A DNA stretch of 64,000 nt from a virus. Lineage: Duplodnaviria; Caudoviricetes. The position numbers and the translations under genes were made by a program. Every line of letters begins with the position of its first letter. Positions within the stretch are counted from its first letter, which is position 1. The stretch is from IMG/VR virus record IMGVR_UViG_3300020465_001196; one strand, given 5' to 3'. A model generated the notes under the pieces. It made no database searches. It saw only the letters and a program-made list of their open reading frames with translations, and was not told the DNA's origin. Of this stretch, positions 36,371 to 47,000 are shown one piece after another.

Positions 36371-36565
36371 ATGAGAGATACAAAAGGCTTAGAAGCATAT
36401 ACTAAAAATCTTAATAAGAAAAACAAAGAAAAGTTACTTAATAAAGTATTACGTAGAGAAGTAGAAACTGGTGCTAATGGAACACAACAATACGTAATTA
36501 AAAAAGGCACAAACAAAGGCAAAGTAGCCAAAGGCTTTAGTGGTAACAATGGATCAACAAACTAA
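36371..36565 (+). CDS. Small basic protein
   Basis: REVETGANGTQQYVIKKGTNKGK. Confidence 0.6.
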   Translation: MRDTKGLEAYTKNLNKKNKEKLLNKVLRREVETGANGTQQYVIKKGTNKGKVAKGFSGNNGSTN

Positions 36566-36782
36566 ACTAGCTTCTATAATTTGGATTATTGTAGTGGTGT
36601 CTGCATTCTTTATTCTTACTGGATGTAGTGGAATGTCAGTATCAGGTAATTGCTGTGGTTCAAGCAATATTAAAATTGAAAAAACATGGGTGTTACCTAC
36701 ACCTACTACGTATGAAGAAGAACGTACAGTCCACGACAAATACCCAGTTTTAGAAGTAATAGTGGAAAATCTAGCTAAATAG
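36549..36782 (+). CDS. Lipoprotein
   Basis: Hydrophobic N-terminus with LTGC lipobox. Confidence 0.6.
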   Translation: MDQQTKLASIIWIIVVVSAFFILTGCSGMSVSGNCCGSSNIKIEKTWVLPTPTTYEEERTVHDKYPVLEVIVENLAK

Positions 36783-36786
36783 CATT

Positions 36787-36975
36787 ATGAAAAACTTTTT
36801 TAAAAATATTACAGACTCGGCTAAAAAAGCAGGTTCTAAGATAACTGATGGTGCTAAAAACATTACATCTAAAACAGTAGATGGTGTTAAAGGCGTTGGC
36901 GATAAAGCCAAAAGATCAATGGATCTTGCCAAAGGTAAAGTTACTAAACTGACTCAGTTTAAACCTAAAAAATAA
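36787..36975 (+). CDS. Small amphipathic-helix repeat protein
   Basis: KNITDSAKK/KITDGAKN/KTVDGVKG quasi-repeats. Confidence 0.55.
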   Translation: MKNFFKNITDSAKKAGSKITDGAKNITSKTVDGVKGVGDKAKRSMDLAKGKVTKLTQFKPKK

Positions 36976-37215
36976 TTATTTTTTAGCAAAACTTTCTTTT
37001 GTTATCCCAGCTTTAGCGAATGCTTCAGCAAATGCATTATTCAAAGGTGCATTATTAGATTCATTTGATTTAAAACTTTTTTGATTGTGAGAAGGCTTTT
37101 TTCTTTTTTGAGGTTTAGATTTCTTCTTAGGTAAAGGCTCAATTGAGTGAGTGATTTTCTTTACTGACTTTTTTTGAGGTTCACCTATGGTGTATGTTTG
37201 TTTCTTTTTAGCCAT
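36976..37215 (-). CDS. Lys-rich small protein
   Basis: Late promoter and AAGGA SD upstream. Confidence 0.55.
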   Translation of the reverse strand: MAKKKQTYTIGEPQKKSVKKITHSIEPLPKKKSKPQKRKKPSHNQKSFKSNESNNAPLNNAFAEAFAKAGITKESFAKK

Positions 37216-37264
37216 ATATGTTTTAGGTTCCTTAACTGTATTTAACCATTATCATTGAAATGAA

Positions 37265-37730
37265 GCATATAATATGCAAAAACCTTGGGCTTATGTCCTA
37301 AGACTGCCAAGGTACTATATGCAAGAAGGCCGTTTTAAGTACTTTAGTACACCTTCGGTGTAGACCAAATGTCTACGAAATGGAAGTATCTAAGACTTCC
37401 TATGGAAGCTACTGTGGCTTCCTAAAATGAGAAGCTTCAATGCTTCTCTAAATGAGAACAACTAAGGTTCTCTAAAACGGTGCAATTTTTAAAGACATTT
37501 TTAAACTTTATAAGTCGTCTAGCACCTCTATAAACATTATAGGTTATTATTGTTTAGTGTAAGAATTTATAAGCATTTTTAAAGTATTATACTAGCTAAC
37601 TTACTAATAATAAACCTAACTAAATGAGCATCTGTGGCTCTCTTTTCCTAGTAGGTGTAAGTAATTATCTCTTACATACCTCCATTAAAATATTTGATAA
37701 TGGATATCGTTACACTTTATCAAATATTTT
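37265..37730. repeat. Tandem hairpin (inverted repeat) array
   Basis: At least 11 stems, including four consecutive related units at 37382-37472. Confidence 0.8.
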
Positions 37731-37799
37731 TTAGAGGTTAAGTTAGCGATAATTCACATGACATTTACATTAAATATTATAGCAGAGAGAGGTTGTATC

Positions 37800-38402
37800 G
37801 TGGATAAAATTATTTTAACAGACATAGACGGTGTTGTTTTTGATTGGCATACAGCATTCGTTAAATGGATGGAACTTCAAGGTTATTCGTCAACAGGTGT
37901 GATGCATCATGATGCAGAAATACACAACGAGTTTGGAATTGCTTTTCAAGAAGGTCTTATTAAAAGAGAAGAGTTCAATTCTTCTATGGCGTGTTCTATT
38001 TTAGAACCATTACGCGGCGCCGAGATTTGGATTCCTAAACTTAAAGAAGAAGGTTTTAAATTTATTGCTATTACTTCTTTAAGTGATAAACCAATCGCTC
38101 AATACTATCGTTATTTAAATTTAGAAGATTACTTTGATGTTGAAACTTTTTTAGATGTTAGATGTTTACCTGCAGGTGCAGATAAAACAGAAGCACTAGA
38201 AGAATTCAAAGATAGTGCTTTACTTTACATTGATGATAGAACATTAAATATTGAAATAGCATTAAAACAAAATCTTAATGCTATACTAATGAAACATCCT
38301 TATAACATTCAATACTCAAACCCAAAAGTTAAATTAGTTAGCACTTGGGAAGATATTTACAATTACATTCAAAAAGTATACAACGTAAAACCAAATAAAT
38401 AA
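37800..38402 (+). CDS. HAD-family 5'-nucleotidase-like phosphatase
   Basis: ILTDIDGVVFDW, AITS, YIDDR; GTG start after GAGG (ORF track 37758). Confidence 0.75.
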   Translation: MDKIILTDIDGVVFDWHTAFVKWMELQGYSSTGVMHHDAEIHNEFGIAFQEGLIKREEFNSSMACSILEPLRGAEIWIPKLKEEGFKFIAITSLSDKPIAQYYRYLNLEDYFDVETFLDVRCLPAGADKTEALEEFKDSALLYIDDRTLNIEIALKQNLNAILMKHPYNIQYSNPKVKLVSTWEDIYNYIQKVYNVKPNK

Positions 38403-38406
38403 AAAT

Positions 38407-39015
38407 ATGTTACACAAACATATTTTTCACGTTCCAGAATTAGATCTTAATGATCAACAAAGATCAATCATTAAAGAAAGATATTATAAGTTCAAAGAAG
38501 CCAACCCAGGTGTTGGCTTCGAGAGCGTCGAGAGAGAAGAAGGTGGAAATAATCCAGGAAACATAGCAACAACAAGTTCAGATGGTGAACCTGTGTTTAA
38601 GTATATTACAAGTGGTATAGATTTATTAGAAGGTGTATATACTGACAAACAAATACAGCAAATTAAAAGTTTATGTTCTCCATTAGACAATATGAATGCT
38701 GATGAGCCTTTTGATTTTTTAGAAACACATGGCAAAGTATTAAAACATATTGATGATATGCGATATGGTGTTATTACAGTACCTATTATAGAACTAGGAC
38801 ATACATTAGAGTTTTATGCTAGTGATGATGCTTCTGTAACTGATGATGTTGTTGAAACAATGAAGTATGATAATAAAACTTACATATTCAATCCTAAAAT
38901 ACCGCATGGAGTAAGAACATCAGATCATATGAGATTGTTTTGGCAAGGTAGCATTTTTAATAAAAACTTTGAACAAATAAAACAAGAATATGAACAAGGT
39001 AAATTGTTTAGATAA
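38407..39015 (+). CDS. 2OG-Fe(II) oxygenase-like protein
   Basis: KHID...PHGV...R pattern; FHVPELDL N-terminus shared with 51101. Confidence 0.5.
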   Translation: MLHKHIFHVPELDLNDQQRSIIKERYYKFKEANPGVGFESVEREEGGNNPGNIATTSSDGEPVFKYITSGIDLLEGVYTDKQIQQIKSLCSPLDNMNADEPFDFLETHGKVLKHIDDMRYGVITVPIIELGHTLEFYASDDASVTDDVVETMKYDNKTYIFNPKIPHGVRTSDHMRLFWQGSIFNKNFEQIKQEYEQGKLFR

Positions 39016-39023
39016 GTATTAAT

Positions 39024-39818
39024 ATGGCACATTCAAAAATAGGATTATATGGAGACAGTTTTGTTGAAGTATGGCCGGAAGAAAAAAAGAAATATAAAGA
39101 AGAAGAACATTATTCATTAACACCGTGGCCAAAAATAGTTGCGGACAAATTTAATTTAGAAATTGTTCATTCAGGTAAAGGTGGAACATCATATTGGGAT
39201 ATTCCATTACAACAGTTTTCATTAGATAATGTTCCTGATATATTAATATTTTCTTGGACCTCTAGTGCTAGACTTTATAACAAACAAGGAATCCAATTAC
39301 ATCCTAACCCAGGTAAAATTTGGTGGCAAGACGGTGATGTTAAAGATAGTTATGTAGATGCAAGTAAACAATATTTCAAATACATTCATGATACTGAAAA
39401 AGAAATAGCAGAGTACAAGGCTTGTTTATATTGGTTTGATGAAACTATATTAAGTCAAATACCATCAGATAGAAAAATAATTCACTTGTGGTCATTTGGA
39501 CATGATAACACAGACACTAAATTAGGTGGAACATATCATCCTGGCAATTTAACTTATTTGCACAATTGGAAAAATGGTTGCGAAATAAGACCAAGTTGTA
39601 TGAGTATTGCTTTGATGGATGGTGCAGGGTTTGATGATGTTGATCCATTTGAAAATCATATGAATACACAAACTAAACATAATCTTATGGCAGACTTTAT
39701 AATGCATTCTTTAATTGATACTAATGTTAACGGAGGATATGATAGAGAAGCATTAAATGACTATTCAGAAAACGTAATTAAAAATCACATTTATTCTACA
39801 ATGCCCCCTTCTAAATAA
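39024..39818 (+). CDS. SGNH/GDSL-like protein
   Basis: LYGDSFV, GKGGTS, ENHMN. Confidence 0.55.
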   Translation: MAHSKIGLYGDSFVEVWPEEKKKYKEEEHYSLTPWPKIVADKFNLEIVHSGKGGTSYWDIPLQQFSLDNVPDILIFSWTSSARLYNKQGIQLHPNPGKIWWQDGDVKDSYVDASKQYFKYIHDTEKEIAEYKACLYWFDETILSQIPSDRKIIHLWSFGHDNTDTKLGGTYHPGNLTYLHNWKNGCEIRPSCMSIALMDGAGFDDVDPFENHMNTQTKHNLMADFIMHSLIDTNVNGGYDREALNDYSENVIKNHIYSTMPPSK

Positions 39819-39851
39819 CAAATAAATATACTATAACAGGAGTCAATTAAA

Positions 39852-40580
39852 ATGAAGTGGACAACTTTAATACAAACAAAATACTATAATATAGATAAAA
39901 CTGAATCAATTGATCTTATTATACCTAGAACTGTTAAAGATGATCAACAAATTGCTGGTAGGCAGGTTGATACATTAGGTATATGGTGTTCAGGTGGTGC
40001 TGACTCAAGTGCTTTATTATATTTGCTTTGTAAAGAAATAAAAAAGAATAATTTAAGTATAAAAGTACAACCAATGACAGTTAGAAGACAACGTCCATGG
40101 AACCCTGTAAAAGCAACTCATGTTATTAATAAAATTACTGAAATTTGTGAAGCACAAGAAATTGTGTTACCTCATTTAATTTACTATCCTGACTTAAAAG
40201 ATGAGCATCAAACTGAATGGCAAGAATTTCAAGATAGAAATAAAGAAAATGAAGAAACAGGAGTGTGGGATGTTCTATATGATGGTATAACATCTAACCC
40301 ACCAGAAGGGGCAATGCCTTATGACACAGATCAAAAAGATAGACGTGATCCAAATGTAGACCATGAATTGATTACTCCAGATGGATGTTCTCATAGACCA
40401 TTTTTTAATACAAATAAAAAATTTATTGCTGACATTTATAAGCAAGAAAATTTAATGAGTAATTTATTTCCTTTAACTTGGTCATGTGAAGGAACGTTTG
40501 AACAAACAAATGGTTACCTAACACCTTGTGAAAACTGTTGGTGGTGTCATGAAAGATATTGGGCATTCAATAGATATTAA
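39852..40580 (+). CDS. QueC-like PP-loop ATPase
   Basis: CSGGADS; TWSCEG...PCENCWWCHER Zn-site-like motif. Confidence 0.65.
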   Translation: MKWTTLIQTKYYNIDKTESIDLIIPRTVKDDQQIAGRQVDTLGIWCSGGADSSALLYLLCKEIKKNNLSIKVQPMTVRRQRPWNPVKATHVINKITEICEAQEIVLPHLIYYPDLKDEHQTEWQEFQDRNKENEETGVWDVLYDGITSNPPEGAMPYDTDQKDRRDPNVDHELITPDGCSHRPFFNTNKKFIADIYKQENLMSNLFPLTWSCEGTFEQTNGYLTPCENCWWCHERYWAFNRY

Positions 40581-41905
40581 TGTCAGAAATTATTGCAATC
40601 GATAACGATATACAAAATCCTTATTCATTTGAAGTAACATGGGATTTAGGTTTACGATGTAATTTTGATTGTACTTACTGTCCTTCACACAGACATAACA
40701 ACACATCACCTCATGCAAGTTTAGAAACATTAATTAAAACAAGTAAGTTTGTTTTTGATTATAAAAAATTATTACAATCGTATATGACATATTCTCGTAA
40801 ATGGAATATTGGATTTACAGGAGGTGAACCAACTGCCAATCCAAACTTTTTAGCAATGTGTGAATACATACATGATCAAGGTGACCAAGATGTAGTTGTT
40901 GATGTAACAACAAATGGAGCCATAGGAGAAAAATATTGTAAAAAATTAATTGATAATGTTGATAGTATTACTGTAAGTTATCACAGCGAAGTAGATCAAA
41001 AAACAAAAGATAGAGTTGTAGATAGAATTTATCAATTAAAAGAATCAAATATTAGACATAAAGTTAATTTAATGTTTCATGCTAAAGAAGAATACTTTAA
41101 TGAATGTATTGATTTAGTTGGAAAATTTACTAGAGATAATGTAAAGTTTGTACCAAGAATTATTGGAGAAAGTTATGATAATGACAAGTACAATCATAGA
41201 TATACTCCAGAACAACATAAATGGTTTAGAGACTTTTGGGCAATTAGAAACAAAAAAGAAAACAATCAAAAGCAACCTAAAAAGATAGATGAAAATAATG
41301 ATGCCGAATATGAGTATACAGATGATCAAAAGAAAGTACAAGAAAAAAGATTAGCACAAAAGGCAAAAGATATTGCAGTAGGTGAAAGAATTAAAACCAA
41401 AGACCTATCAAAACCTATAAAAGATTTACTACCAAAAAAACAAGAAGGTAGAAAAAGTTTAGGTAGACCTTGTTGTGGGCAAAGAACATTTTATACATTA
41501 ACAGAAGAACATTATACACAAAATAATAAAAAATTAGATACAGATAAATGGAATAAAAGTGTATTTGCTTGTTCAACAGAATATAAAGATTGGTCTTGTT
41601 TAATTAATTGGAATTGGTTACATATTGAACAAGAATATGATAATATACTACATCATCAAACTTGTCGTGCAAATTTTGGTGGGGAACGTGGGCCTATTGG
41701 TAAGATATCTGAAAGTGAAATAGTTTTAGAAAGATTAGAAAAACAATTAGCAACAGGTAAAATGCCTGTAATAACTTGCCCTAATAAAGTTTGCGGTTGT
41801 GGTTTATGTGTACAAAAATCAAAACATCATGATATGACAGAAGCAATGTTTAATAAAGCAGTAAAAGGTTTAACTCCTGTTATTGGAGCAAAACTAAATG
41901 GATAA
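40580..41905 (+). CDS. Radical SAM protein with C-terminal Cys cluster
   Basis: CNFDCTYC, FTGGEPT, TTNG, CPNKVCGCGLC. Confidence 0.85.
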   Translation: MSEIIAIDNDIQNPYSFEVTWDLGLRCNFDCTYCPSHRHNNTSPHASLETLIKTSKFVFDYKKLLQSYMTYSRKWNIGFTGGEPTANPNFLAMCEYIHDQGDQDVVVDVTTNGAIGEKYCKKLIDNVDSITVSYHSEVDQKTKDRVVDRIYQLKESNIRHKVNLMFHAKEEYFNECIDLVGKFTRDNVKFVPRIIGESYDNDKYNHRYTPEQHKWFRDFWAIRNKKENNQKQPKKIDENNDAEYEYTDDQKKVQEKRLAQKAKDIAVGERIKTKDLSKPIKDLLPKKQEGRKSLGRPCCGQRTFYTLTEEHYTQNNKKLDTDKWNKSVFACSTEYKDWSCLINWNWLHIEQEYDNILHHQTCRANFGGERGPIGKISESEIVLERLEKQLATGKMPVITCPNKVCGCGLCVQKSKHHDMTEAMFNKAVKGLTPVIGAKLNG

Positions 41906-43184
41906 AGAAGTAAAAAACTTTAATGAAAAGTATGGTAACACCTTCTGTATAAAACCTTTTTCAGAAGTAGCATCTACACCACTTGGTGCAATTAAGTTGT
42001 GCTGTTACTCTGGAACAATTGATCCTAAAGAAGAATATTTCAGCAAAGATAAAACTATCAAACAAGTGTTTAACAACAACGCAGGATTGATACAAGCAAG
42101 AAAAGATTTACTTGCTGGTAAAAAAATAAAACAATGTCAAGGTTGTTGGAAAGACGAAGAAGCTGGAAACAAATCAATGAGGATAAATCACACACAATAT
42201 TACGATGAGATGGATCCAGAGTTTGTGCAACAAGCAAAACAACAAGGCAAAGCAGAAGTTAAAAGTATAGACATAAAATTTGGTAACAAATGCAATTATG
42301 CCTGCGTTATGTGTGCACCAGACAACAGCAGTTTGTGGGGAAAAGAAATACAAAAAAATCCAATAGACGTAGATTTATATCAAGGTGGCTTTAATAATTT
42401 TGTTCAATTAGTTGATTACCCAGAACACAAATATGATGAGCTTTTAGAAATATCTAAAAGTATTAGAAGAGTGAAAAGCACTGGTGGTGAACCAATGTTG
42501 CTAGATGGATTCAAAGGTTACATAAAAAAAATAGTAGACAAAGGATATGCCAAATACATGAACTTTAAAACTGTAACAAATGGTACAGTTGATTGTTCTG
42601 AATTACTACCTTACATGAATGAGTTCAAAAGGTTTGAAATGGATTGGAGTGTTGATGGCACCGGCGAAGTTTATAATTATATTAGGTGGCCTGGCAACTT
42701 TAATAGGATGAAAAGAATACACGAAAAATTAGCATCAGAAATTATCAACAACAATTATAAAAATATTGAAATTACTATGCACCCAACTATACAAGTTTTT
42801 AATCTACATAATATTCCTGAAATAATACAATATGCAAAAGATCTACAGGTTGTTAATTTTGTAGATTTTGGATACATTTTTGATGAGCCAAGTTATTTAA
42901 ACACTGGTGTATTTCCTGATAAAATGCTAGAAGATATTATTCAAGAAAACAATAAAAAAGTTGGTAAAATAGAAACATCAAACAATTTTAATCATTCATA
43001 TGATAATCTTGTGTCGACTGTACGTAGAGATCAAAAATTATTTAATAAAAAGTACAACAAAAAAGAATTGTTTGATAAAACTAAAAGAATAGCAAAATGG
43101 TTTGATAAAAGTAGGAAACTAGATATTCACAATCACATATCAACATATAAAGAGCTTGAAAATTACTATCTACACCTACAATAA
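41898..43184 (+). CDS. Radical SAM protein with N-terminal SPASM/twitch-like Cys cluster
   Basis: CIKPF...LCC...CQGC, CNYACVMC, TGGEP. Confidence 0.85.
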   Translation: MDKEVKNFNEKYGNTFCIKPFSEVASTPLGAIKLCCYSGTIDPKEEYFSKDKTIKQVFNNNAGLIQARKDLLAGKKIKQCQGCWKDEEAGNKSMRINHTQYYDEMDPEFVQQAKQQGKAEVKSIDIKFGNKCNYACVMCAPDNSSLWGKEIQKNPIDVDLYQGGFNNFVQLVDYPEHKYDELLEISKSIRRVKSTGGEPMLLDGFKGYIKKIVDKGYAKYMNFKTVTNGTVDCSELLPYMNEFKRFEMDWSVDGTGEVYNYIRWPGNFNRMKRIHEKLASEIINNNYKNIEITMHPTIQVFNLHNIPEIIQYAKDLQVVNFVDFGYIFDEPSYLNTGVFPDKMLEDIIQENNKKVGKIETSNNFNHSYDNLVSTVRRDQKLFNKKYNKKELFDKTKRIAKWFDKSRKLDIHNHISTYKELENYYLHLQ

Positions 43185-43327
43185 AACCCAATAGTTTTTG
43201 GCCTATAATTTGTTCTATTACACCTCTAATAAACAAACAGCACTTTGGTACATAATACATCATAAAAGCGGACACACGGTGCTTAAAAGCGGATATAGAC
43301 GGTGATTTAGATGTGTTTTAAGTGTCT

Positions 43328-43353
43328 GACAAGGGGGCAATGCCCCGCTTGTC
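43328..43353. terminator. GC-rich hairpin terminator
   Basis: GACAAG-GGGGC-AAT-GCCCC-G-CTTGTC followed by TTTATT on the plus strand. Confidence 0.7.
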
Positions 43354-43481
43354 TTTATTGCAATTTGAGTAAAATAATGTTAAGACCTTTATTGGAATCG
43401 GAAAACTATCTGACGCGAGTCTTGTTTTCCCTTTGTGTGCATTATTTATAGAACTCTATATGCACATTAACTTGTAATGTT

Positions 43482-43555
43482 TGGTAGCACTACCGGGAAT
43501 TGAACCTGGGTCTTAACCTCCTGAAAGTTACGTTCTACCATTGAACTATAGTGCA
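43482..43555 (-). tRNA. Atypical tRNA, anticodon CAG (nominally Leu), short variable loop
   Basis: Cloverleaf TGCACTA / GTTC D-arm / TAACT-TTCAGGA-GGTTA / AGAC / CCAGG-TTCAATT-CCCGG / TAGTGCT-A-CCA. Confidence 0.7.
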
Positions 43556-43686
43556 TACAGTATTTAAAGGTATAGGCACCTATGTTAAAACTATAGAATT
43601 CTATATTAAATATAGACTTTTAAAAATATAAATGTTATAATAAACTGTAGATTAGATACACACAAACATACACAAAGGAGGATATT

Positions 43687-43914
43687 ATGTCTACAAATAA
43701 AAACGCATACGAAATCCGTGCTGACATCTTAGGTCAAGCTCAGGGATTAATTCACGAAAAATATAATAGAGCATATCAAACTTGGGAAATGTCTGTAACA
43801 CGACATCCTGAAACAGGAGTTATACTTTCAACAAAAGATGCTCCAGTATTTCCTACTACTAAAGAAATACTTGATTGTGCTAATGAATTATATTCATTCG
43901 TAGATAAAAAATAA
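43687..43914 (+). CDS. Conserved T4-like phage small protein
   Basis: NKNAYEIRADIL...FPTTKEILDCANELYSFV; GGAGG SD. Confidence 0.7.
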   Translation: MSTNKNAYEIRADILGQAQGLIHEKYNRAYQTWEMSVTRHPETGVILSTKDAPVFPTTKEILDCANELYSFVDKK

Positions 43915-43923
43915 TCAACAAAA

Positions 43924-43951
43924 AACCCGGGCCTATTTCTAGACCCGGGTT
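43924..43951. terminator. Hairpin terminator between convergent genes
   Basis: AACCCGGG/CCCGGGTT stem. Confidence 0.7.
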
Positions 43952-44001
43952 CAATTATTAATTAGTGTTTGAGCTTAACAAGTTAGCTCTATACTAACCT
44001 A

Positions 44002-47000
44002 TTAAGTTAATGCTTTGTATTCAACAGTAACTATACCAGCACCACCTGTTGGAGTTGACGCCGCACCACCTGACTGTAAGTAAGCCATTGTGAATGTAGC
44101 ACCACCTGCCGTAGCAGTTGCAAATGGAACATCAATTACGTATGTACCTGCTGTTTTAATATCAGCGTCAGCATTAGCTACGAAAGTAGTAGTACCGTCT
44201 GATAAAGTAACGTGATCAATTGAACCACCTGAGAAAGCAGTAGTTACGTGAACAGTCACTTTAGCAACATAGTAAGTTGTTGAACCTGCATTTGGCATAG
44301 AACCAATTGTAGTAGTTGTAGCACCTGAGGCGATCGCAGTTCTAATAGTTAGATCGTCTGTAGTAGTTACAACGTTAGCATTTACCCATGCTTTTGTAAC
44401 AAGAGTATCATCAGTAATAGTTAATGACTCATAGTTAGCTGGAACGTTAACAACACCATTACCTTTTGGAGAAAGTAATAAGTCGATGTGTGAATCACCA
44501 CCTGTAGTTGAGATCGCTGGAGCATTTGAAGTAGCCGCGTTCGTGATTGTAACTTCGTTTACAGCTGAAGCTGTTCTTTCGAAAATTGCAATCTCGTTGT
44601 TAGAAGAATCGTTAATTTTAACTTTACCTTCTGCAGAACCACCTGTACCACCTCTGATGATTACATCACCTGAAGCATTACCACCAGTACCGTTACCACC
44701 TTTGATAACCGCATCACCAGCCGCGCCACTGTTAGCCGCACCACCAGATACTGTTAAGTCCATATTATCGTCACCCATTACAAGTGAGTTACCACCTGCC
44801 GCTTCAGAGATAACAACAACACCATCGCCTTGTCCTTTAAGAACTAAATCGATATCTGCTGAGTTGTCATCTGGATCTGTTGCAGTAAGAGTTACGTTAG
44901 AAGCCGTGTTAGTCATTACTAACTTGATGTTATCAGTTAATGTACCTGATACTTCAATAGCTGATTTACCAGCCGCGTCTCTAAGAGCTGATACATAGTC
45001 ATATTGGTTAGCTGAACCAGTAGATCTTAAGTATTTGTTTACTGTTCCAACTGCCGCTAAACCTGTACCACCATTGCCTACTGGTAGTGTACCAGTAACA
45101 TCAGCAGTCAAGTCAGCTTGTGCATATTGTAATGTACCGCCTGAAGATACTTTAAGAACAGTTGAGTTAGAACCTTTTGCTAATTCAGATACTGTACCGT
45201 CACCATCAGTTGTGATGATTGAACTTGCCGCGAAAGCAGAAACGTTTGTACCTAAACCACCATTAGCCGCCGCAACAGTACCAGATAAATCTGATGCCGA
45301 TAAAGCAGAAGCTGAGAAGTTAGTTCCGTCTGATCTTAAGTATTGACCTGTTGAACCTACAGCGATTTCGCCACCGTCTGCTTCAACAAGTGAGTTGTTA
45401 CCATGACCTGAGATAGATGCACCGAAGCCACCATATGCTCTGCCGATAACTGTACCATTCCAAGTACCAGCCGCAATTGTTCCAAAACGCATAGTTGCAT
45501 CTGAAACAGAAGCTTGGTTAGCCGAACCAGTTTTGAACGTGAATGAATCTGTTGAATCATCAAAGTTCATGAATGCAAATTGGTTAGTGTTTGCTGTTGA
45601 TGATCTTTTGATCTCAACACCACCTGCTAAACCAGTTTCTTGCGAAGTTGCACCACTGTTTACTTGAATGTATTTGTCTTCTGAAGTTACAGTTCCAACG
45701 TCTAATGTAATAGAGTTACCTGAAACTGTTAAGTCACCTGTTACTGCTAGGTCACCAGTGATAGCCATTGAACCATCAATAGTTGCTGTTGAACCTAATG
45801 TACCAGTTGAGAAAGTAGTAACACCAGTGATTGAACCACCAGTTAGTGCTACTGAACCTGCGTCCTGAGTAGCAATTGAACCTAAGCCCAATGATGTTCT
45901 AGCAGTTGCGCCTGACTCTGCAACCCAAGTTGAACCATTACCAACGATAATGTTACCATCACCTTTAGCCAATGCCGCAATTGCGTCTAAGTCTGCATCG
46001 TATGCCTGAACGTTAGTGCCAATAGTTAAACCTAATGACGCTCTAGCAGTTGCACCAGTTTCTAACACGAAGTTAGAACCGTCACCAACGATGATACCAC
46101 CGTCTGTAACAGCCAAACCAGCAACGTCTGCCAATTGTGCATCATAAGCCTGAACATCTGAACCAATTGCTAAACCTAAGTTAGATCTAGTTGAGTTAGA
46201 GTCAGTTAATGTGATAGCACCTGTGTCTGCCAATGTTGCGTCACCTGACATAACATTGTCAATCCAAACTGAGTTACCTGTGTCATATAATAACATAGAT
46301 CCGTCAGCTGGAGTAGTTAAAGTAACATCACCCATTTCAGCCAGTGTGTTTGAAGCCGCAACAGAATCATCTACATATTTTTTAGTTGATGCATCTGTAT
46401 CAGCCGTTGGAGCACCCAAGCCAGTGATTTTTGCAGAAGACATTGCCGCACCGTTGAAAGTTGGCGTGTCACCTGTACCAAGACCTAATGAAGTTCTTGC
46501 TGTGTTACCTGATTCAGCAACAAAGTTTGAGCCATCACCAACAATGATGTTACCATCTGATGGAGTTAAGCCCGCAACGTCAGCCAATTGTGCATCGTAC
46601 GCCTGTACATCTGAACCAATAGCCAAACCTAAGTTTGTTCTTGCGTCAGAAGCCGTAGAAGCACCTGTACCACCGTGTGCAACAGCAACGTCAGTTGCCG
46701 CCCAAGTACCAGTTGCAATAGTACCTAGTGTAGTAATTGATGTTTGACCTGCGTAAGTAGATTTAATTTTTAAAGTATCAGAATCGATCTCTAAAGTAGA
46801 ATCATCAACGTTAACACTCAGGTTGTTACCTGATTTTGCTAAACCGTCGCCTGCTGTGATCAAACCAGCACCAGAAAACTGAGTGAAAGTCAATGCAGTT
46901 GTACCAACTGTGATAGAACCGTCATTTGTTAACACCCAACCAGTGTCTGCGTTTACAGTACCTTCTTCAACGAATGAGAAAGCACCAGGAGTTACTTCTG

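Noticed and set aside
37382-37472. CRISPR mini-array
   Set aside because: The variable parts are 6-7 nt hairpin loops, not ~30-nt spacers; repeats are not identical; no cas genes in the window
45880-46640. Nucleotide repeats inside the large fibre gene as a recombination cassette system
   Set aside because: They are in-frame domain repeats typical of fibres; no invertase or silent cassettes seen
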